Shown here piece after piece: positions 1-7,210 of a DNA stretch of 36,091 nucleotides. This stretch comes from an uncultured Lachnospiraceae bacterium (GTDB taxonomy: Bacteria; Bacillota; Clostridia; Lachnospirales; Lachnospiraceae). The translations under genes and the position numbers were made by a program. The first letter of the stretch is position 1. Every line of letters starts with the position of its first letter. Below the pieces are notes generated by a model. It was not told the DNA's origin. It saw nothing but the letters and a program-made list of their open reading frames with translations, and searched no databases. The stretch is from assembly GCA_945787485.1 (NCBI GenBank), contig CALZHV010000001.1, forward strand, positions 1-36,091, read 5' to 3'.

Positions 1-652
1 TACCCGCCGAGGAAAGCTTTTTAAGCTCAACCGCCTGAGAATATGAAGGTGTAACCTCCATTTCATCATAAAACTTATAAATTATATATTGCTCCTCGGG
101 TGATAAATAAGATAAAGCAACGGCAGGTGTAAATGCAATTCTTTCGCTATCCACAAGCTTCAAGATTTCGGGAATAAGAAAGGTCAGACGAATATACCGC
201 CTGACCTGTGTTTTACTGTCATCTGATTCATTTGCAATAATCTCTGCCGATTCACACTTCCGACCAGCCTGGTCGGAGGTTAAATCTGAACGGAAGCCCT
301 GTCTTTTCATTGCCTCAAGCTTCATTTTGTAACCGTAAGCCTTTTCACTCGGCAAAACCTTGTCACGCTGAAGATTTGAATCAACGTGCATAACAATGGC
401 TTCTTCCCTTGTAAGGTCTTTGATAATTGCAGGGATGACATCAATGTGAAGCCTTTTACATGCTTCAACTCTGCGGTATCCGCTTATAATTTCAAACTTG
501 CCGTCTCTTTCACACACAACAAGCGGTGTAAACACACCGCTTTCGGATATACTGTCAAAAAGCTGTGCAAAACCTTCGTCCTCTCTGAATTCAAAGGGAC
601 TGTCCTCAAAGGGAATTAAATCTTTAATCTGTACTTCTTTCATATTAATCAT
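1..652 (-). CDS. ParB/RepB/Spo0J-family protein, truncated by the window edge
   Basis: Not in the ORF track. Manual translation gives MINMKEVQIKDLIPFEDSPF...GVFTPLVV...FEIISGYRRVEAC...DSNLQRDKVLPSEKA...QVRRYIRL, with ParB box motifs (ISGxRR, NLQR). AGGAGG RBS at ~663-669. Confidence 0.85.
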   Translation of the reverse strand, partial: MINMKEVQIKDLIPFEDSPFEFREDEGFAQLFDSISESGVFTPLVVCERDGKFEIISGYRRVEACKRLHIDVIPAIIKDLTREEAIVMHVDSNLQRDKVLPSEKAYGYKMKLEAMKRQGFRSDLTSDQAGRKCESAEIIANESDDSKTQVRRYIRLTFLIPEILKLVDSERIAFTPAVALSYLSPEEQYIIYKFYDEMEVTPSYSQAVELKKLSSAG

Positions 653-671
653 AATAAAATATTCCTCCTGA

Positions 672-2063
672 TTATCTTTCATAATTTCTTTCCTGAATTT
701 TGTTTGTATTTGTTTTCTTCTTGATATCATCACGGGCATAGCGTTCATACATTCTTGAATGCTCGTTGATACTATCCATTCTGTTTACTACATCCTCAGC
801 CCTGTATTTAACTCTGTTTAAAATCTTTATATTCTTTCTTGCAACTCTCATAGCGGCGGTAAGAGTTGCAATATCCTCACGGATTTCGTTCTGTAAGCTT
901 TCATCACCTGAACGGACAGCACACTTTAGTTTGTTTCTGAATACATTTCTTGCTTCATCCATTTCCTGTAATTCACTTTCAGTTTTTGATATAAGTGCTT
1001 CAAGGTCCTCATAGCTTTCAACATTGTTATCAAGCAATAAGTTTTGTTCTTCGCAAAGCTGGTCAAATTTCAAAAGTTCCTGTTCAAGATAATTTTCAAC
1101 CTCGTTGCAATGCGGATGCTCCTTAAACATAAGCAGCCCTTTACACAAGCAAGTGTAAGAGCTGCTGATACCGCTTTTGTAATTGTGAGGATTGCCGTCA
1201 AAGAATAAGGTTTTGAAAGTGATTGTGTCGTGAGTAACTTTTCTCGTGTAATGTCTTTTAGTCAGTATTACTTCTTCAATATCGTTGATTGTATAACCGT
1301 CACCAAGATCGCAAAGCCATACAGGACGGTTAAATCTTTTGTGATAAACTGTCGGCTCAGGTCTGTTGAAATCAAAAGTATATCCTTTCTTTTCCATTTG
1401 CCAAATGAAAGTTCTGATGTTCGAACTGCGTGATAAGCAATCATCAATATGAAATTTTAATAAATCATACTGATGGTTCTCTCCGTTCTTCTCTGCAAGA
1501 TAGGTCATTCTTCTCGGTGCCTTGTGCGGCTTTTCAACTATTGATAAACCATATTTAATGCAAAGCTCGTCAGAAACTTTTCTCATAAGTGCATAGCTTT
1601 GCTTGCAGGCATTGAACTTTTTACCGTCAACTATTGAAACACTGTTCACAACAAAATGATTGTGAATGTGACCTCTGTCAAGATGAGTTGCAACAATAAC
1701 CTCGTGTCGGTCTCCCCAAAGTTTTTCTGCAAGCTCTTTTCCGATTTCGTGAGCAAGCTCAGGAGTAACCTCACCCGGTTTAAAGCTCTGATAACCGTGA
1801 AACGCAATTATCCCGTCCTGCTTATGAAACAACTTTTTTGTTTCCGTCATCTGGTCACGTGCAAATTCAGGGTTACAATTTATTCCGCTTACAAAATATT
1901 GCATTTCGGTTTTTTCACTTTCAACTGCGTAATCAATTACATCTTTAAGTGATTGCAATTCGGAATTACTGTAGTAATCGTTAAGAGTTTTATCGGGATT
2001 CATTGCATAATCAACAACACTCTTAAGCGTTCCTTTAACCGACCATATTTTTGTTACTGCCAA
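672..2063 (-). CDS. Relaxase / mobilisation nuclease (MOBP-like)
   Basis: N-terminal DYAMNPDKT, HGYQSFKPGE and the HUH motif HLDRGHIHNHFVVNSV; C-terminal coiled coil; overlaps mobC. Confidence 0.93.
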   Translation of the reverse strand: MAVTKIWSVKGTLKSVVDYAMNPDKTLNDYYSNSELQSLKDVIDYAVESEKTEMQYFVSGINCNPEFARDQMTETKKLFHKQDGIIAFHGYQSFKPGEVTPELAHEIGKELAEKLWGDRHEVIVATHLDRGHIHNHFVVNSVSIVDGKKFNACKQSYALMRKVSDELCIKYGLSIVEKPHKAPRRMTYLAEKNGENHQYDLLKFHIDDCLSRSSNIRTFIWQMEKKGYTFDFNRPEPTVYHKRFNRPVWLCDLGDGYTINDIEEVILTKRHYTRKVTHDTITFKTLFFDGNPHNYKSGISSSYTCLCKGLLMFKEHPHCNEVENYLEQELLKFDQLCEEQNLLLDNNVESYEDLEALISKTESELQEMDEARNVFRNKLKCAVRSGDESLQNEIREDIATLTAAMRVARKNIKILNRVKYRAEDVVNRMDSINEHSRMYERYARDDIKKKTNTNKIQERNYER

Positions 2064-2398
2064 TATTCATCCTCCTTACTTAAATGAAACTCAGCCGATA
2101 TTTTCTTTTCGAGTTCACGAAGAGAAAGAATAGCAGCACGTAATTCCTTTTCATTAATCCAACCTTTTGCATTTGCAACCCTTGCAAGCTGATTTAAATT
2201 GTTACCGACTGCTCTCATTTCTCTGATTAAAACTGTGTAATCAACAGGCGGAGCTTCTTTAATGTTCTTGTAATAAAGCAGAAACCGAATCATTTTTGAT
2301 TTAGAAATCTTCATTATGCTGCAAAGATAATTGAGTCTTTCATAATCTTCTTCGGTAAAATATGCTTTAACAAGTTTCGTCTTTTTGTTTTCTTTCAA
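2054..2398 (-). CDS. mobC: Relaxosome accessory protein MobC
   Basis: RHH-like N-terminus and the signature VGNNLNQLARVAN; lies immediately upstream of the relaxase. Confidence 0.9.
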   Translation of the reverse strand: MKENKKTKLVKAYFTEEDYERLNYLCSIMKISKSKMIRFLLYYKNIKEAPPVDYTVLIREMRAVGNNLNQLARVANAKGWINEKELRAAILSLRELEKKISAEFHLSKEDEYWQ

Positions 2399-2423
2399 AA
2401 ATTTTCACCTCTTTTCTGTTTTG

Positions 2424-2531
2424 GTTTTCGGGGCAACCGCACCCGAAACGGATTTTGTGGTACCAAAATCCAATGCTCGTTAAAGTAATACCGCTGTTTT
2501 AAATAAAAAAAGCACCCGATTATTCGGGTGC
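2424..2531. promoter_or_regulatory. Putative oriT region
   Basis: Upstream of mobC. Three inverted repeats: tttcggg/cccgaaa 2426-2448, ggattttg/caaaatcc 2450-2471, gcacccga/tcgggtgc 2512-2531. gcacccga is also a direct repeat (2439, 2512). The nic site was not identified. Confidence 0.6.
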
Positions 2532-2538
2532 AAAAGAG

Positions 2539-2568
2539 TTGACATTACAGGGGTGGCTGTAGTATCCT
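2539..2568 (+). promoter_or_regulatory. Sigma-A-like promoter of the polymerase gene
   Basis: TTGACA (2539-2544), 18-nt spacer, TATCCT (2563-2568); GAGGTG RBS before ATG 2601. Confidence 0.55.
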
Positions 2569-2600
2569 TTATACAGAACAAGTGCATCAGAGGTGAAACA

Positions 2601-5600
2601 ATGGCACATATTACTTATGAAATACCGATGCTTTCGGCAATAGGAATTATCTCTTATGCCGAAAAGCAAAATGATGAAACATATATTTTTAATCTTAATA
2701 ACAGTGCAACTGCAAAGTGTATGATGAATAAAGAAAACAGTTTGCAGGAAGACTGTGCTATGTTTTATCAGTTAATGAGTGTTTTAACTTCGGATAAATT
2801 TACTCAGTCAAAAGACGATACAAAAATTTCTGACCTTTCCGATGTGATAGTTTACATTGACTTCAGCGGAATTTTTGACAGAGATGCAAAGAGTGAACGC
2901 ATCCGTTTAAGACAGTTAAAAGCAAAATCCATGTTCCGTCCTGAGGGAATAAATCTTGATTTGGGAACGGGAATGAAAAACTTTGTTGCCTTTGAACGCT
3001 CTGCAAGTATGAGCAGAAACGCTCGCTTGTCTTTTATAAGAAGTGATGTTTACGAAAAAGTTAAAGCAAGAATAGAGCTCGATATGAACATCGGTTTGTG
3101 TCAGTTAAGTAAGCTTTATGCTTATAACGGACTCATGTTTTCGGGCGGTACGAGAATTGAAAGCAAAAATCTTTTTGATAAAGACAGCATTGTTATCATA
3201 AAAACTTGGGAAAGATTTATCAAAACTCACGCTGTAACTGTTACATCAAAAGATAAAAACAAAGCAGTAAAAAAATACAACCGAGTCGAAAAGGAAATTG
3301 AATTTACCTACGATTCATTTGACGGTGAGGGTTTTATCTCTCACTCGTTCGCAAAAGAAATTGATAAACAGTTCTGCGGGAAGCATATTCATTCTTCTTT
3401 TCAGATTCGTTTGCCTTACATAAAAGGTATGGTACATGAAGTTGACTTCAAATCTTTTCTTAGAAGTATAGGTATATATTCCGTTAAAGATATGTGGAAT
3501 GTTGAGCATCCCGTTGATAAAATAAATCTTATTCTTACCGACACAATGTTCAAGGGAAAAGGTTGGCTGAGTGAAAACAATTTAACTTTTAACGATTACC
3601 TTGACCACTGTAAAAAGTACAGACACTCGTTATACATTTCAAATGTGGGTAAAGGTGAAAAAGAAAATTTAACCGAGCTTAACTTTCAGTTTTTAAATAC
3701 CGTTGCAATTCCTGAAGAAAAATTCAGACCTAAAGATTTACCTTCAGGTTGGAAAGAAAGTCCGTCACGAGATGAAAGAGAGTGGCTGACCAAAGCAACG
3801 GAGCAGGCATATTACGATTACTGCAATAACAGAAAATACAGAATAGATTATTACACTAAACATTTAAATGACAGTGATGAAGATTTAAGAACCAAAGCAA
3901 GGTTGATTAACAGAAACTCTTTGCTCATTGATGAACCTTTCTTCTCTAAAGATATTGATGATATTGCAGAAAACATTTTAAGAAAGTATGCAATCGGTCA
4001 GCTTTTTGTAGAGGGTGATAACAGATATTTATCTGCTGACTTAATGTCACTTTTTGCTTTTCTTGCGGATGGCAGCAGAAAATTTGCTGACATCAGTAAT
4101 GAAGAATTGTCCGGTAATTTTGTTTATGCTCCCGGCAACAGCTACGGTATAGACTACAAATATTCACTTCTTCGCAATCCTCATATATCTAAAAATGAAA
4201 GTGTTCAGGTGCGACCTTTGAAGGATGTCGGATATTACAGAAACAAATATTTCAGCTATTTAACCGATGTCATTATGGTAGCGGATAATTCCGATATACC
4301 TATGAGACTTGGCGGTGCTGATTTTGACGGCGATATGGTAAAAACGATTGCTGACCGTATTATCATTTCTTATCTTTACACAAAAGAAACCGAGCCTGAG
4401 TATTACGGCAAAAGTGATAATCCTTTACCATTGTTATTTATTCCCACTGAGGAACCAATTATATCTGATGCTAATGATTGGGAAGCAAGATTTGAAACTG
4501 TTAAAAATACTTTTTCATCCCGTGTAGGACAAATCTCAAATGCGGCACTCAACAGAAGTATTTTAGCTTATGACGAAAACGCAAAGGGCAAAAAGGCACA
4601 ATACAGAAAAGAAACAGAAACCCTTGCTATACTCACAGGCTTGGAAATTGACTCTGCAAAAAGTGGAGTTAAGCCTGACCTATCGGAATATCTTGTAACA
4701 AACAGAGCACCGAAAAGTCTGTTTCTCAAATACAAATCCCTTATTGAAAAGCAGAATGAGCGCAGGTCTTGGTATGAAAAGACTTATGACCAACAATTTA
4801 GAGAGTTTTTCAAAAATACGGATTGGTCTGCTGTCAGTTCTAATCTTGAAAGACTGCCGTATTATGCTTATGAACTGAAAAGGAATACACCAAAAGCAAA
4901 AGGCAAAGTTGCACCTGACAGTGAAATTTTCACTTTTGCTCAAAAGCCCGATTGGAAAGCAGGTCTTGATAAAAAGAAGCTTGCTCGTATTTCGGCATTG
5001 ATGAATGATTATGAGCATTGCTTAAAAAGAATCCGTAACAACAGAAACAGGTCGGATATACCGGAAAGAAAATCCGATATTGAGCGTATTCTCTTTATGC
5101 GTGGTCAGGAAAACGATTATGACACGGACGAGCTGTATGCTCTCTTTACAGATTTCACTCCCGAAGAAATTGAAGAAATCTATATTCAAATGCAGGAGCG
5201 TAAATGGCAGTTTATGTTACCCGAAGAAAGAGAACGATTCTTGAAAACTTATCTTGTCGGTGAGCATTTTGAAAGTTATATTGATTTATTATGTGATTTC
5301 AGGCACAACGGTGACAGAGTTTTCTCCGATATTATCTGTGACAGATATGCCGAGAACAAATTGCGTAACCTTACTTCACTTCATTTTGAAAATGACAGCG
5401 ATGAAATGACTGCAATGATGTTAGCATACAGAAACAAGTCAAAAACCTATGATTACAAGGAAGCGGTAACGGACGAATGCAGAAAGCTTCTTTCAAAAAT
5501 CATCAGATTGAATGATGTGGTACCCTATGTTGTTGCGGCAGGCTACAGAAGATTTATCTTTGATATTTTACTGAACGAAACAGAGAAATATATTATTGAC

Positions 5601-5639
5601 AGGAGCAAGTCTTATGTTGAACGAGATAGCCGAGTTTAA
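2601..5639 (+). CDS. Single-subunit RNA polymerase, YonO / eukaryotic RdRP-like (double-psi beta-barrel)
   Basis: Ordered RdRP/YonO motifs: DGEGFIS, FQIRLPYIKG, LRNPH, catalytic LGGADFDGD, VGQISN, EIDSAKSG. ATG 2601 has an RBS; the ORF track starts at 2553. Confidence 0.88.
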   Translation: MAHITYEIPMLSAIGIISYAEKQNDETYIFNLNNSATAKCMMNKENSLQEDCAMFYQLMSVLTSDKFTQSKDDTKISDLSDVIVYIDFSGIFDRDAKSERIRLRQLKAKSMFRPEGINLDLGTGMKNFVAFERSASMSRNARLSFIRSDVYEKVKARIELDMNIGLCQLSKLYAYNGLMFSGGTRIESKNLFDKDSIVIIKTWERFIKTHAVTVTSKDKNKAVKKYNRVEKEIEFTYDSFDGEGFISHSFAKEIDKQFCGKHIHSSFQIRLPYIKGMVHEVDFKSFLRSIGIYSVKDMWNVEHPVDKINLILTDTMFKGKGWLSENNLTFNDYLDHCKKYRHSLYISNVGKGEKENLTELNFQFLNTVAIPEEKFRPKDLPSGWKESPSRDEREWLTKATEQAYYDYCNNRKYRIDYYTKHLNDSDEDLRTKARLINRNSLLIDEPFFSKDIDDIAENILRKYAIGQLFVEGDNRYLSADLMSLFAFLADGSRKFADISNEELSGNFVYAPGNSYGIDYKYSLLRNPHISKNESVQVRPLKDVGYYRNKYFSYLTDVIMVADNSDIPMRLGGADFDGDMVKTIADRIIISYLYTKETEPEYYGKSDNPLPLLFIPTEEPIISDANDWEARFETVKNTFSSRVGQISNAALNRSILAYDENAKGKKAQYRKETETLAILTGLEIDSAKSGVKPDLSEYLVTNRAPKSLFLKYKSLIEKQNERRSWYEKTYDQQFREFFKNTDWSAVSSNLERLPYYAYELKRNTPKAKGKVAPDSEIFTFAQKPDWKAGLDKKKLARISALMNDYEHCLKRIRNNRNRSDIPERKSDIERILFMRGQENDYDTDELYALFTDFTPEEIEEIYIQMQERKWQFMLPEERERFLKTYLVGEHFESYIDLLCDFRHNGDRVFSDIICDRYAENKLRNLTSLHFENDSDEMTAMMLAYRNKSKTYDYKEAVTDECRKLLSKIIRLNDVVPYVVAAGYRRFIFDILLNETEKYIIDRSKSYVERDSRV

Positions 5640-6471
5640 GGATTACACGAAAGCACCAATATACAAGCGTGACAACAAAAACGACAACTCATTTCTCGGC
5701 AGATTTACCTGCGAGGGAATACAAGGCTTTGAGGGTTTTCCTAGGGTATTGACTATCATAGCAAGAGGATATATGTTCAAAAACGGCAAAGCCGACATTG
5801 AATATGCAAGACGGGCAATCTCTGCTTGGTGCAGTATTCCTGACAAGGATAATGCAAAAGAAAAGGAAGATTGGCGGTTCAAAACCGATTTCAGAGAGTA
5901 TCACAACGAATTTCCTGCGCTCGTATCAGAAAACGGCGAAGGTTGGTTTTACAGGCATTTTCACAATGCCATGAATTTTGCTATATCAAATCCTGAAAAG
6001 TTCACAGCAAAGGAAATCGACAAATATATTCTTATGGACAAGAACTTCGATACCGCTTGGCGTGACAAGGTTACTAGGATGCATTTCAGTACATATTACC
6101 TGAAAACCAAAGGTGCCTGGATATTGAGATTTGATGACATTCTTTCATCTGCATTAGAGCTTGGTGAGCTTAAAAACAATGATTTTGAACTGCCCGAAGA
6201 AACGAAAGCAAAGATTTCTGATTTTACAACAGCACCGAGCACAGCTTATGCACTTGAAACACTGATAAAATATTACTGTGCCAACCGACAAGAGGATACA
6301 GATTGGGTTGTGCTACCCGTTGCAAATTTTGATGCATATTTCGGCTCAACCTCATTTTCAAAAAAACGCCTGACCGAGCTAGTGAAATCCGGTGCTATTG
6401 AGCGTGAGAATAGCTACAATGTGAGTAGGTATAGGTTAAAGGAGGTATTGAAATTCGAAACACCATTTTAA
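5614..6471 (+). CDS. Hypothetical polymerase-partner protein with a possible C-terminal winged helix
   Basis: AGGAG RBS at 5601 and ATG 5614; overlaps the polymerase by 26 nt. C-terminus SFSKKRLTELVKSGAIERENSYNVSRYRL looks like a helix plus wing. Confidence 0.7.
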   Translation: MLNEIAEFKDYTKAPIYKRDNKNDNSFLGRFTCEGIQGFEGFPRVLTIIARGYMFKNGKADIEYARRAISAWCSIPDKDNAKEKEDWRFKTDFREYHNEFPALVSENGEGWFYRHFHNAMNFAISNPEKFTAKEIDKYILMDKNFDTAWRDKVTRMHFSTYYLKTKGAWILRFDDILSSALELGELKNNDFELPEETKAKISDFTTAPSTAYALETLIKYYCANRQEDTDWVVLPVANFDAYFGSTSFSKKRLTELVKSGAIERENSYNVSRYRLKEVLKFETPF

Positions 6472-6517
6472 TAAACTGTAGAAATACGCATTTTATTAAA
6501 ATGGAACTATTGAATAA

Positions 6518-6650
6518 TACTACATTGCCAACAAATAGCCTGACTCTGATTTGGTTATTATACCCAAGATAAACACCTGCGTTTATCTCGGTTCTGCAAC
6601 GTATGTGGAAAACTACGAAAACAAGGTACCTGAGGGCGGCTTTGTGTAGA
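6518..6650 (+). pseudogene. Degenerate paralogous remnant of the C-terminus of the 5614-6471 protein
   Basis: Reads YYIANK*PDSDLVIIPKINTCVYLGSATY against YYCANRQEDTDWVVLPVANFDAYFGSTSF (12/29 identical), with in-frame stops. Confidence 0.65.
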
Positions 6651-6700
6651 AAATCTGAAATAAACGATTTGTCTGTGGTTAGGGATTATACTATAATGAA

Positions 6701-6744
6701 AAAAACTCCTTGAATCAGCGTGTGAGCAGAAACAAGGAGTTTTT
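6701..6744. terminator. Probable bidirectional terminator hairpin
   Basis: Perfect 12-bp inverted repeat aaaaactccttg/caaggagttttt between convergent operons. Confidence 0.6.
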
Positions 6745-6950
6745 ATGTTGTAACTTAAGTATTATAGAATTGTTGTTTTTAAATAAAAACAGCAAATCTA
6801 CAAATTCAACGAATTAATGGTTATAATAAATATTTTGCCGATTTATTGCCACATCTTTAATAAACAATCTGAAAAAACTGTTGTCAATATAAGTTCAAGG
6901 TTTTCAGTTGAATTCTTAGTCTGTTGAAAGACCGCTTCCTGAAACGGCAT

Positions 6951-6982
6951 AAAAACAAACGCCACTTTTTGTGACGTTTGTT
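6951..6982 (-). terminator. Terminator downstream of precursor peptide 2
   Basis: Stem aacaaacgccac/gtgacgtttgtt followed by a T-run on the minus strand. Confidence 0.5.
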
Positions 6983-7050
6983 GGTAAAGCGGTATGTTTT
7001 TACATTATTTATAATTTATATTTTATAATTGCAAGACCAATAAACAAAAA

Positions 7051-7164
7051 TTATTCAGAGGTGCCGTCATCGCAACTACAGCCACCGCCACCTGTTACAC
7101 AGCCGCTTCCAAGAGAATATTCTGCGTATTCAACTATTTTTATATCCAAAACTCTATCTTCCAT
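7051..7164 (-). CDS. RiPP precursor peptide 2 (37 aa; azole/YcaO-type candidate)
   Basis: MEDRVLDIKIVEYAEYSLGSGCVTGGGGCSCDDGTSE; strong AAGGAGG RBS; directly downstream of the YcaO fusion; below the ORF-track size cutoff. Confidence 0.8.
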   Translation of the reverse strand: MEDRVLDIKIVEYAEYSLGSGCVTGGGGCSCDDGTSE

Positions 7165-7210
7165 GTTTTCCTCCTTTCCTAACATAAAAACGACACCGCA
7201 TCATTACTTA

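Noticed and set aside
386-619. 77-aa plus-strand ORF and similar short antisense ORFs throughout the track
   Set aside because: They are shadows of longer motif-bearing genes on the opposite strand or in another frame.
2402-2410. TTTCAC motif near oriT as part of the regulon
   Set aside because: It is a single copy and simply the complement of the mobC RBS (GAGGTGAAA).
2601-5639. Bacterial rpoC fragment or prophage gene
   Set aside because: The motif is GGADFDGD with RdRP-type flanks rather than NADFDGD in an RpoC context, and no phage genes are present in the window.
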